From Camelus ferus (taxonomy: Eukaryota): a DNA stretch of 64,000 nucleotides. The stretch is taken from assembly GCF_009834535.1 (NCBI RefSeq), contig NC_045704.1, positions 60,078,001 to 60,142,000 of the forward strand, given 5' to 3'. Positions 36,209 to 48,471 of the stretch are shown here, one piece after another. The position numbers and the translations under genes were made by a program. Numbering within the stretch: position 1 is the first letter of the stretch; every line of letters begins with the position of its first letter. Under the pieces are notes generated by a model. That model saw only the letters and a list, made by a program, of their open reading frames with translations, ran no database searches and had not been told where the DNA came from.

Positions 36209-36989
36209 GCTTAGAAGGCAGGAGTTTGGATAGATCAGAGGACTCAGTCCTACCCTGTTTGGGTCTCTCTCTGGGAGGGTGTGCACTGACCCTGCCCTCT
36301 GACCCCGTCCAGGGCACCGTCACCTCGCCCCTTCGTGACTGCTCCAGCCTACTTCCTGCCTTCCTGTGTCCCCGCTGCCCCTGCAGTCTGCTCTCCACAC
36401 TGCAGCCTTTTCTTGCCACTGCCTCCCTCCAAGCCCTCTGAGGGCTTCCAATTCATGGAGTCAAGCCCAAAGTCCCCAGAGTGACTTGCAGGACCCTCCA
36501 TCATCTGTCCACTGCCCACCGAGTTCCTCTCTGAGCTGTCTGCTCCACTGGCTCCCTCTGCCCGCTCTGTCCCAGCCACACCAGTCTCCTTACCTAGCCT
36601 TGAACTGCCAAGCACCGTCTCCACTCACAGCCATGGGTGGGGAGCCAGCCCCAAAATGACTGTCTACATCTGTGCCTCACAGCTGGGAGGCAGCAGCCCA
36701 GGCAGACCCTTGGCATTGCAGGGTGGCCTCGAGACTGGTTCTCATTGATGGAACGTAACAGGAAGTGGCCCTGTCACTTCCACCAGGCGTGCAGGTCTTA
36801 AGAGCTGTCTGTACCTTCTCCATTCCCCATCCACCCCTTACTGGGGAGGGCCTCAAGACTGTTGGAAACAGGAAAGCCACAAGCTAGAAGGCCGCTGAGT
36901 CTCTGGACCCAGATGAAGACTGCCCATCACCAGCAGCATAACATTGGACTGAAACACGATAAGAAAACATTCGTTGTGCTACACTTTTA

Positions 36990-37395
36990 TTGTAGAGTTT
37001 TCGGGTTTGTTTGTCATGACAGTGTAACCTTGACTAACACAAGGTCTTTGCACTTGCTGTTCCCTCTGCCTGGAAGGCTCTTCCCCAAATATCTGTATGG
37101 CTTTCAACTGCTTTCAGGTCTCTGTTCAACTGCCATCTTATCCAAGAGGCTTTCCCAGATGATCCTAAAGGGAAGAGCAACTCACCTGCCACCCAGCACT
37201 CTCCACCTTGTCTGTTTTGTTTTGCTCAACACCCACGGTCATCTTACAGAGTCTCTGTTTAGCTTGCTGTTCAGTGTGTGAGTTGTGTGCCGTCTTCCTC
37301 ACTCCACTAAGATGTGAGCCCCCACTTGCCCTGTGGCTTAGCACAGTGCTTGCCACAGCACAGAGGCTCAGTAAATGTTTGATGAGTGAACAAAT
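36990..37395 (+). mobile_element. L2 LINE 3' end
   Basis: ctttgcacttgctgttccctctgcctggaa ... gaggctcagtaaatgtttgatgagtgaa. Confidence 0.8.
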
Positions 37396-39294
37396 GACAG
37401 ACCAACCATCTCAAGGACTGTCTTCCTGACTAGATACACAAAGATTGATGGGGAAAAGAATAAGGAGCAGATGGCGGGGTAGGGGGGAAGATAGGCTGAT
37501 ATGGTAGGATGATTCCCTTTGCAATTTTTAATATAAGTAAAGTGGTATTTGATGTCGGAGACAATGCCCACAGCAGGCACGTGGAGCCCTGCCCCCACAG
37601 GGGTGTGGGGCACGGGCGTAACACACCGTGAGGGCTGCTCTGTCACAGGGATGGGCATCAAATTTAGCCTGGGGGTCAGGGGAAGCTTGCCAAGGGAGGC
37701 AACACCTAGAAGGAACAGGCTGTGAGAAGAAGCCAGAAGAGGATTTCCAAGCATACGGGAGACCAGGAGACGTGCCACAGCCTGGAGGGTTTGAGGAGCC
37801 CTGAACCGTCTGATGCGGCATGAACTCAGGGACAGGCAGGGAGTGGAGGTAGGGGAGGGCCGAAAGGCCTGTGGGGCCAGATCATGAACAGACTTGCTTG
37901 TTATGCTAAGCAGCTTGAACTGCATCTTGAAAGCGATGGGAAGCAGGCAAGAGAGGGCTAAGCCTGAGAATGGCATAATCAGAGGTGTGTTTTATAAGGC
38001 TCTTTCTGGCAGCCACCTATAAAATGGGATTGACGAGGGCGTGAGATTAGAGACCAGGTGAGGCAAATATGTGATGTCCTGGAGTGGTCCAGGATCCCAG
38101 TGCCTCGCTGCTGCTGCAAGACAACACAGACCACATGGCCTCGCTCTAGCCAATGGGAGCCTGGGAAGCTGCTTCCACTTTTCTTCCTCCCTGTGCCAGG
38201 TGAGGGGGGTGGGTACCATCTGGGCTCTAGGAAAAGGCCGTGGTTTCCAGCAGTGGCATCTCTGAATCCTTGTTGAGCTCTGCACTCTACCTTCCCTCAC
38301 TATCCAGCAGGGACCCTGCTGGGATGGCTGACCCTGATGAATCACTGCCACAGACCATTGCCCATGAATAGGCCAAGGGCACTGGGGTCCAGCTGAAGGG
38401 AGGATATTTGGGAGGCCCCGGGATTTTGGGTCTGCCATGTTGGAACATAAGTGTTTAGGGCCTTGGCATCTGAGGTGTCCAGAGGGGAGATACTTAGACC
38501 ATATAACTGCATTTCAGATGAGTGGAGTTGGCCTTCTCCAGTTAGGAGAGGCTGAGGAAGACAAGGAGAGGTCAGCAAGCGGTAGCAGGAGAGCTTCTGA
38601 GACTCTTGGTTTGCTCCCAGGCACTTGGTAGCTTCCATGCGGCAGCATCCACACAGCAGCAGAACTCAATATGTGCATTTCCATCACCTCCTGAGCTCAC
38701 CTACCCGTGGAGCACTTGCTGAGGATTGCGGGTGCGATGGGGAATGGGAGGATGGTGGATGGGGTCTCCAGGGTGTGCAGATAATTCTTGGAGCTGAGCA
38801 GTGAGTGAACCACAGGGGTCACGGCTTCCAGCAATGACTCTTGAAAGGAAGGGGAGGGTCAAGTCAGCCCTTATGTCTCACCTGGTTTGTGCTGTGAGAG
38901 AACATTCTGCATTTGAGGAGCTTGGAAAAGTCACGAGGCTGGAGTGAGCAGCACAGGCAGTGGGTGTGTGAGTGAGGTCAGAAGCCGAGGATGCCATGTG
39001 GAATGTTTGACAAGTGCCTGAAACAGGGTCTTACTGCCCAGGACTGGCTTTCACAGCTCTCTCTGGCCCTCGTTATGTATGGGTGGCTCGGGGCATTGAG
39101 TTAGATGCTCAGAAGGGCCAGCAAGCCATGCAGCTGGGTAAAGTGGGCAGGGGGTGACTGGTCTCCATCGAAAGGGGGAGCCGCCTATCATCTCCAGCCA
39201 TTTGTTGCCCTGGGGCCCTGGGGCCCAGCGTCATCAGATCTTCTGATTCTTTAAGAAAAATGCAAGATGCAGATTCTTATCAGATATCTCTTCT

Positions 39295-39720
39295 ATCAGT
39301 CACCTTTTCTAGGTTAGGCTGTAGTAACAAACAGCCCCCAAAACATCAGTGGCTCATAGCAGTAAAGGTTCATTTCTGTTCCTGTTACATATCAGCAATG
39401 GGAGCTTTGCTCTGCGTGTCTTCTTGTTCAAGGATCCAGGCTGAAGAGCAGACCCCATCCTGGATGTGCTCCCAGGTGGCCGAGGGAGCTTCGGCTCACA
39501 CCCCATCCACCACGGCAAGGCCCCCGGCCAAGCCTGAGCAACTGGGGAGGAGGGCGAATGCCCACCCGCCCCCACCTCCCACAGGGAGACACAGCCGTTC
39601 ACACGGCCACTGGTGGGAGGACAGAGGACAACTGGGGCAAGAATACCGTTGGTCACATCCCTCTTTTTAAAGGTTGGCAACTGCACCAAAAGGGTCATAA
39701 AAGCTGGGTGGAGCCAAACA
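39295..39720. mobile_element. MLT1-type LTR relic
   Basis: ggctgtagtaacaaacagcccccaaaacatcagtggct ... ggatccaggctgaagagcag. Confidence 0.6.
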
Positions 39721-42700
39721 AACACAGGGAACCACAGGCCGTGAATTTACAACTTCTCATTTATAGGGTCAGAGATGGAGTGAACAGTCGTGCTCTCTTC
39801 CTGAACCACAGACACCGGCTCAGAATCCTGTGAGCTTAGTAGTCCTTTCAAAAAGAGAAAAATGGTTATTATGCCTTCACATTATGGGTGACTCTATACT
39901 GGCTCCTCGCAATCACTACTTCCTTTTATAGATGCTCGTAGATTTCCTGTAAACAATTCTTTTCATAAATTTTACCCAGGATCCAGGTTGCTTACCATTT
40001 GTGGTTTTCAGAACTCACCGTCTTCTATTTTTTGCATTCAGGACGTATGTTACCAGTCTTGTTCTCCCCAGAACTCAGCCGTGACATTTGCAAGACCTTT
40101 TGGCACCCAAGGGTTAAATGGTTTTGGGCCAAGAAAGTGGACTCCACTTCCAACAGTAGGAAGCTCTCCTGCATTCTCTTTGTTATTTCTTTGTAACAGG
40201 TGTGTCCTGGGTGAAGCCAAGACCGTCCATTTTCTTTGTAAATCATGTAGGTAGGATCTGTGGAAGTTGCCATTCACACCTGCATCCATCTTTGTCTGGA
40301 AGAAGATGGTGAGTTGACTCCATCTGGATGGTACATCCTTGGGTCACACTTTGTGGGTCACTTTGTTACATACCCATGTAAGCCAGGACCCGGTGTGTGC
40401 TCTTTGGATTAAAGTCGTCATTAATCTGGATGTGATTTAGGTTTGGATGATTAATGTTTTGTCTTAGTAGTGTATGTTTTGGTCTATGACTGAGCCTGAG
40501 CTAAGTCACTGTGACCTTGCTTTCAGAGAAGGGGAGAAATATTTCTTAACGCTGTATGAAAGTAGGTGAATTACAGTATTTGATTATTCTTGCAGAGTTG
40601 AGAGTAGATTTTCCCTGAGCAATTGTTTGTCGGGCTGAGACCCAGAGGACTGCAAGGGCCATTCAGGTGGAGTATTGACCTCTCCTAAAAGAGGCTATGA
40701 AAGAGAACCAAGGATGCTCGGAGCAGTGGAACCGGGGTGGACCGATCCTGTCCTTCATGTGACGTCACTGGAAACTGATGGCCCCAGAGCCTCTCAGACA
40801 ATCACGTACTGATGGGACCATCCTACTGGTCACTGCAGGATAAGATTGCGGGCCTGGCATGGGGGCTGGGTTTTCCAGGGGAAGGCATATGCCATCACCA
40901 ATCAGAGAGAAGAGCAGATGCTGGGGCAGGAAATGAGCACAGGGAGGCTGGCCCTTTCTGGGCCTTGGTGGGGTTGGGCTGGAGTCCTGTGCTGGCTCCT
41001 GGGAGCCCTGTAGGGAGACAGTGCAGCTTGTCTGTGGAACACAGAGCCTGGCCAAGGGGTGGCACCAAGCCGTGTGTCCAAAGGCCATGTCCACCCTGGT
41101 GTGGGGCTGCCCCTGCTGGGAGAAAGGCGCTCCTTGTTCTTCATACAGAGCTACTACCTACTGACCAGTGGGCCCACAGGGCTGTGCCCACCAATTGGGA
41201 TTTCCTTCTAATGTATCCACCCACCTTGCGGGAGGGCAGAGGGGACACATTTTTTCTGTGTCATCATCAGCCCAATGAACCCTTTACTTTCTATGAAGGC
41301 ATCTTCTGCATACAAAGGGATGGCCTGCTCAAGGTGGGTACTTTTGTTGTAGTTTATACAAAAGCATTCCTAAATCTGGGCCTGAGAACCCGGAAATTAG
41401 CACCATCTTTTCACTCTTGGTAGTTACCCTTGCCTTGTTCTTTTAGTTTTTTGGAATGTGCCGTAAAGCCTCGCTGAGAGTTAGAGATTTAATGAGTTCC
41501 AGCTCTACGTCAGGAACTGATCTGGACTCTGGGGATGCCTAAGTGGGAAAAACAGAACAGACTCCCTGCCCATGTGCAGCTTGTGTTCCAGAGGGAGAAT
41601 TGTGTGGGCTCAGTTGTGCTCGGGAGATTGAGGAAAGGCTGTGTCTTCCCTCTGATGCTCTGGTGGGAGGGCAGAGTGGGGCCTGGGGGCCCTCACCCCG
41701 AGGCTTGCCTGGTGGTAGCCTCGGTAGGACTGGCTGGCGAGAGCCCGCAGGGGGCCCGTCTCTCGAGTATCATCAGCAGCAGGCAGAGATTTGGCAGGGA
41801 ATACAAACACTCAGAGCCTGGCACCCTGGGCATCTCAGAAATAGCTGAGGTACACCGTGAGAGGGCTGAATCCTGCAGGAGCATCCAGGTACGGAGCGGG
41901 TATGTGAATCTGCTCGTAGATTTCCGTGTGGCTTCCTGCCCACTCAACGGTGTTAATTCTGCCTTTGCCAGTCTGAGCATCAGTCCTCCTAGCTGAGAAT
42001 CTGGAAGGAAAGAACGAGTTGGGGGTTCTGCTATCTTGCTATCATCTGTCTGCAGAATACAAGTCCCACTTAGCCTCCCTTTCCTCTTGAGCTCTCTGCT
42101 CGCTGAGAGTCTCTGCTCCCAGAGACCTCACCACCCTTCTCCGGACATTTCTAAAATCTGCTTTCGCAGCATGTTCAGGGGCTTCGTCTGGCTGGGCCCT
42201 GGATGTCACTAGCTTGTGAAGTTCAGGGAGCCGTTCTTCTCCTTTCTTTCCTGAAATTATGAAAGATGAAACTGTCAGCAGCTCGAGGAGACCGTATAAG
42301 ACACCCTGGCCTAGCGGAGTGAGGTTCCTCACTGTCCCACCACCCCCACCCCATCTTGCTCTCTGCCACCAGAAGGCCAGCTCCGGCCGTGGGGCCTTGA
42401 GGGCAGCACCACTGCACGTGGGCAAACAGGTATGAGAGCGCAGCTCAGCCGAGCGGGTACCAGGTGGAAATCCACGTGAGCCTTTGTGTCCTGCAGCCAC
42501 CTGACCACTCGCCTCCTCCGCAGCCCGGCTGAGGCGCTTCTGGCTTCCGCCCCTGGCTCCTCCCTCTACCTGTGTCTGACTCTCATGACTCTGTCTCTAG
42601 ATTTGACTCACTCGTGTCACATGGCTTCTGCCCTTCAACTGACCTTGAGCCTGGATTTGTCTGTTCTTGAGTCGGTTCATTTTGTATCTAGTGTAGCTCC

Positions 42701-43284
42701 TGCTCCCGTGTGCCTGTACCTGGCTGCTTCCTGGCTGGGCTGGCTGTACTCTCAAACCCTTGATCCTTGCTTCCAGAAGCTAGCTGTGCCCCCTGCCCCA
42801 GCCCAGCACGCGGACTTTGATGCTCCTCAGAAGCGTGTCATCCGTTTCTTACATCTGGTTTCACAACCAGAGCACATGCCACCATCACGTTCCCGTCCCT
42901 CTCCTCTCTTCGCACTACTCTCTCTACCCTCGTGGCGTATGGATATCCAGGCAGGTGCGCTCACACCTGTGTGACACTCGCTCACTTTTTACTCCCTTTC
43001 CTACCAAAAGAGGAAAGAACTCTCCATTGCTGCCACCCCTTCCCATCCCCCAAGGCTAATGAAACAAGCGCAGGCACATTTGTCTTCCTGAGCTGAGTCT
43101 CAAGGTCATCTTTCGCAGGATCTATTCTCTCTACCCTGAGGTACAGACTCCAAGTTGGCACATTTCACTCTTCCTAGTTATTTTGTTCCATTTTTCTTGT
43201 TGTTTCCATGTCTTTTAATTTTATCAAGCCCTATAGTTTTGCTGCCTCAGCTGGTGCTTTAACACATCTTTGTTTTAAAAATGA

Positions 43285-43308
43285 CATATATGTGTGTGTG
43301 TGTATATA

Positions 43309-43362
<54 letters not shown>
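43285..43362. repeat. Compound (TG)n/(TA)n microsatellite within a short L1 3' tail (~43280-43440)
   Basis: Direct reading; followed by actgaatcactatactgtacgccagaaactaacacaacgttgtaaattgactatacttcaat. Confidence 0.9.
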
Positions 43363-43366
<4 letters not shown>

Positions 43367-43984
43367 CTGAATCACTATACTGTACGCCAGAAACTAACAC
43401 AACGTTGTAAATTGACTATACTTCAATAATTTTTTTAAAATGACAGAAATTCAATTCCAACAAGCTTAAGCACAGAGAGAATTTGCAGACTTGTGTAACC
43501 CAAACAAGGAGGGCAGGAGCAGTGCTGGGATCAGTGATGACTGGTCCGGAGCCGGAAGTTCTCTGCACACTTCCTCAGGCTCTCCTGCGGGCTGCAGGGC
43601 AGCGCTCTGCCCTTCCAGGGGCTTTCCTCTCAGCAGCTCCAGGCTCACGTGTTCACAGCTCTACCATAGGATCGGGAAGGGCTTGTTTCTCAGTTAGAAA
43701 AATCCTTGAAAGTACCAGGTTGGCATCTTGGGTGACTGGGTCATCCCTGAGACCAAGAACAAAACTGGAAAAGCCCTTACAGAACCTCATCTCTGGGTGG
43801 CAGCCCTAAATAACAGGTGTCTGGTCCTGGAGAAAAGAGTGGATATTAACAGACAAACAATAGATGTCCTCTATAGACCAAGGTCAAATACATCCTGGCT
43901 CTGAATCCTACATCAGTCCCCCTCCAAGCCCTCTCCCTGTTGTTGGTCTTCTAGTCCAGAAGACTAGAGGTAATTCTACCTTGG

Positions 43985-44442
43985 TGTATTGATCAGGGTT
44001 CTTCAGAGAAACAGAACCAAAGAGAGAGAGAAAGAAAGAGAATATGAAGAGATCTGCTGCAAGAAATTGGCTCACACAGTTACAGAGGCTGAAGAACCTG
44101 TGATCTGTGGTCTGCAAACTGGAGACCCAGGAGAACTGGTGGTATAGTCTGAGTCTGAGCTGAAGGCCTGGGAACCAGGGCAGCTGAATCCCAGGGCAGG
44201 AGGAGACTGATGTCCCAGTTCAGCAGTCAAGCAGAGAGAGAGAGAATTCCTGCTTCCTCTTCCCAGTTCGTTCTGTTCAGGCCTCAGTGGATAGACGATG
44301 CCCACCCACGTTGGGGAGGGCAGTCTGCTTTATCACGTCCACTGATTCAAGTGCTAATCTCTCCCCCGAAACACCCTCACAGACGTGCTCAGAAGGAGTG
44401 TTTAGCTAAACATCAAGCAGACATATAACATTAACCATCACA
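43985..44442 (-). mobile_element. MLT2 (ERVL) solo LTR
   Basis: tgtattgatcagggttcttcagagaaacagaacca ... gaaacaccctcacagac ... ttaaccatcaca. Confidence 0.85.
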
Positions 44443-44501
44443 CTGAGCAGCTTGGTTATGGAGATTTGGACCCCAGTACAAAAAGCTTTTTGTGGGTAAA
44501 A

Positions 44502-45064
44502 TGTGGTGGGAGTATCACCCCAAAAGTTAAAGACCCCAGTTCTTGTCATACCCAAAAGATAAATGTACAGTCAGGAGACAGTGCATTATGTAGCAAAAGA
44601 TTTTGAAAGATTTATTTAAAAAAAAGAAAAGTACACCCCAAGAACAGGAGGCGGGCTGGTCCACGGGAGAAAAAGCGGCCGTTTCTGTTTCCTCCTTTTC
44701 TCTTATACCCTCGCTTAGAGGTAGTCTCTTGATTGATTGATGGCTCTTGGCCGGAATGCTTAGTCATGTTTGGCCCCTTTGCGGCTGTCCTTACCCATGG
44801 TGCACACAGAAAAACCCATGGGGCTGAGGGGAGCCTAAACCACAGTGTTAACTATAATATAATGAGCAGTGGTTCACGTCCGGTTAAGTCCTTTCTGCTA
44901 CCACGCAGTTGTGGCTGTCGGGTTCTAACTGGTTTCTTGCTGGCACTCATTTAGAAAAAATAAAGTCCCTTTATGCTGGAGGCGGACGTGATGGCATCTT
45001 CTGGACCATCCTCCCTCTCCTCCACCTACCTGCCCGGTGCCCCTACTTATCTCACTACCTAACA
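44502..45064 (-). mobile_element. Probable ERV solo LTR (family unassigned)
   Basis: TG...CA termini, AATAAA on the minus strand near 44611, LTR-like composition. No clear target-site duplication. Confidence 0.5.
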
Positions 45065-45762
45065 GAAGCATCTATTAGAAACAAAGAGAAGGGAGAGGAG
45101 AACCAGATGACATCACAGTTTTTACCCCCCAGCTCAGCTAGCCTAGACCAAGTCTCCAACAACATTTTCACTGGCGCGAACACATCTTTTGCCTTTCATT
45201 ACAGCAACAAATGGCATTGGCCATGAAGAGAGGTGTGTTAGTGCTAGAGCAATGGTTTTCAAAGCTTTAAACACAGTCCCCTTTATTTATCACAAAGGAA
45301 GCAGCACGCAGAACCCCAACATGTAGAACAGACAGGAGCAGAGCTGCTGCGGTGCAAGCTTTCCTTGTGTCTCCCTCCCCAGGATCCCCGGTTTCCTCGG
45401 GACTCCATGACTTAACTGTAACAGCAGAGGCAGGTTACATTCTCTGTGATTTCCTTTGAAATGCCTCAGCGTCGACAATGTGATTTGCAGTGCGTGTGAT
45501 TTAGATGTAACCTGTACCCAAGGATCGCTCTAACTGGGAATGCACATGCAGGGGTGCCACACTCCAGAGGCAAGAACGCTGAGGTCTTGAGCCATCAGCA
45601 CCTCCAGCAGTCATCAGAAGCCAGCTGATGAGCATAATGGATAATAGAGATGCTTTTTGTTGATAACACAAGTGATGGTCAAGAGAAGAGAATTAGATCA
45701 AATATTAAAGAGAGGCTCCCCTGTCACATGGTAAGAACAGGATACAAGAATCTAGCAAGTGA

Positions 45763-45875
45763 GGGGAGGGTATAGCTCAGTGGTAGAGCACATGCTTAGC
45801 ATGCACAAGGTCCTGGGTTCAACCCCTAGTACTTCCAGTAAAAAATAAATAAACTAAACTAATTACCTCTTCCTG
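45763..45875 (+). mobile_element. tRNA-Ala-derived SINE (vic-1-like)
   Basis: ggggagggtatagctcagtggtagagcacatgcttagcatgcacaaggtcctgggttcaacccctagtacttcca plus A-rich tail. Confidence 0.88.
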
Positions 45876-46274
45876 CCTTCGAACAGTTAATCATTAAATT
45901 AAAAAAGGGGTGGGGTGGGGTCCAGTAAGCGCTTACTTTTCACCCGGGCTTGATTCCCGGACAGCCCTGGGTGACGATGCTGATTCAGAGGATTCCTACT
46001 TGCCTGACTCTTAACTAGTTGGTTAGCAGAAGTCAGCCTGTGGAATACTGTTGTTTGTTTCACATAAGTTTTCCATGAACTGCCTTGTCAGAGTACCTAA
46101 AAGGACTCAGAGCTGGGTCTTCATTGAGATTACAGGACAGATTTTGTGATGGTTCCTCTGCTACTTGATAATACATGTTTGTAATATGAAGCAGAATTTA
46201 ACCTGACCCTGTCTTAGGTGTAATCTGGTAGCAAGATTATGAAGGGGAAAGAACAAACACCTCCATCTACCTAA

Positions 46275-46740
46275 GGTTAGATCCAACTTTTGTGAGGCCT
46301 GAGACTTAGACATTTTGTGGGTTTTCTTTGAGAAAAAGCATTAAAAATTACAAACACAAAATTAGGTACAAAAGTAAATATTTATACAGAATGAGAAAAG
46401 GTCGGGGTGGGTGGGTGGGTAAAGCTCAGTGGTAGAGTGTGTGCTCAACATGCATGAAGTCCTGGGTTCAATACCCAGTACATCCAAAAGAAAAAAAAAA
46501 GAATGGGAAAAGAAATTATAACACATTTTGAATTTTTAAAAGTTAACAAATGTTACAAAGATCCAAAAAACAACATGATATGTTTATTAATTCATGGCTG
46601 ATACAAGTCTACCATATATATTCCTACATTTTGGAGCTGTTTATTCTTAGATGGTCTCTTTATGTTACAACTATTCTGTAATATTTTCTGTAGAGAGAAT
46701 AAAATAATTCAGTCCTTCCTCTAACTTGGTTGATCAAAAA
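46275..46740. mobile_element. hAT-Tip100 (Arthur1-like) relic, interrupted by a SINE
   Basis: gatccaacttttgtgaggcctgagacttag ... aattacaaacacaaaattaggtaca. Confidence 0.5.
46401..46499 (+). mobile_element. tRNA-derived SINE with 13-bp target-site duplication
   Basis: agctcagtggtagag...cctgggttcaatacccagtac plus A tail; flanks agaatgagaaaag (46388-46400) and agaatgggaaaag (46500-46512). Confidence 0.85.
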
Positions 46741-46744
46741 ATTT

Positions 46745-47890
46745 TGTGTTCTTTTTATTCTATCTATTTTTTTATTGAACTATAGTTGACATAGAATATT
46801 GTATTAATTTCTGGTGTACAGCATAGTGAGTCAGTCACAATATACATATATATATTCTTTAATAATTTTTTCCATCAATTTTTTTAATTGCAGTATAGTC
46901 AATTTACAATGTTGTATTAATTTCTGGTGTACAGCATAGTGATTCAGTTAAACATATTATATATTCCTTTTCATATTCTTTTTCATTACAAGGTTTTGAG
47001 TTCCCTGTGCTATACAGTAGGACCTTGCTGTTTATCTATTTTAAATATAGCAGTTAGTATCTGCAAATCCTGAACTCCCAGTTTATCCCTCCTCATCCCC
47101 TTTCTTCACTGGCAACCATGTTTGTTTTCTATGTCTTTGAATCTGTTTCTGTTTTGTAAATAAGTTCATTTGTGTCCTTTTATAAGATTCTATATGTAAG
47201 TGATATCATATGGTTTATTTCTTTCTCTTTCTGGCTTATTTCACTTAGTATGATGATCTCCAGGTCCAGCCATGTGCTTCAGATGACATTATTTCATTCT
47301 TTTTTATGGCTGAGTAGTATTCAATTGTATGTATAAATATACCACAACTCTTTATCTACTCATTTGTCAATGGACATTTAGTTTGCTTCCATATCTTGGC
47401 TATTGTAAATAGTGCTATTATGAACATTGTGGTGCATGTGTCTTTTCAAATTAGAATTTCCTCTGGATATATGCCCAGGAGTGGGATTGCTGGATCATAG
47501 GTAACTCTATTTTTAGTTTTTGGAGGAATCTCCATACCAGTTTCCATAATAGTTTCACCAAACGACATACCCACCAGCAGTGTAGGAGGGTTCCCTTTTG
47601 TCCACACCCTCTCCAGCATTTATTGTTTGTGGGCTTTTTAATTATGGCCATTCTGACTGGTGTGAGATGATACCTCATTGTGGTTTTGATTTGCATTTCT
47701 CTAATAATTAGTGATACTGAGCATCTTTTCACATACTTTTGGTCATCTGGATGTCTTCTTTGGAGAAATGTCTATTTAGGTCTTCTGCTCTGGTTTTAAT
47801 TGTTTGTTTTTTTGTTATTGAGTTGTACTAGTGGCTTGTATATTCTGGGATTTAAGGCCTTGTCAGGCACATCATTTGCAAATAAAATAC
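46745..47890 (-). mobile_element. Lineage L1, 5'-truncated (ORF2 C-terminus plus 3'UTR, doubled tail)
   Basis: ORF 47451-47732 [29 protein letters not shown] is the L1 ORF2 C-terminus; cetartiodactyl-type 3'UTR. Confidence 0.92.
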
Positions 47891-48471
47891 TGTGTTCTTA
47901 ATTTTTAAAATTCATCCAATAAGTAGCTTCAATGGGTATTTACTATAGTTCTTCCACAGGACTTCTGCCCTATAAATAAGGAATTCTAGTCAATTTGATT
48001 TTGCATAATCTCTTCAAAAAAGAAAAAAAGTATGGAATGTGTATAATTGTATAGATTGTATATAGAGAGTATTTCTGACAGAATTTCCTTTACTAAAAAT
48101 TGATGAGAACTGGATCCTCCATTTGCAACTTTCTATGTCTTGATTGGAAGAATTTTTTTGTGGATTAGCTCTTGGCTTTACACTATTAAAATCTTGTTTC
48201 TCTTCCTCTCTATCCTCTCCCACACCCTGTGCTGGGCACCATAGAACATGTTCCATCTCAGTAGGCTCTCTGGTCCTCCGTATCTCTATCACATCAATGT
48301 ATAAATTTGCCCAATAAGTGGTAAGACTGTTCCTGCACAGGACAGATAGGAATAAGTATACATGGAAATGTCTACAAACCACATAAATACATACCACAAA
48401 ACCCAAACTAAATTTATCACCAATTCAAATTTCCTTAGCTAGATCCCCCAAATGCCACTCAATGCCACCTG

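Noticed and set aside
39699-39713. aaaagctgggtggag, resembling the start of miR-320
   Set aside because: Only a 15-nt partial match with a mismatch, inside an LTR relic, with no evident hairpin.
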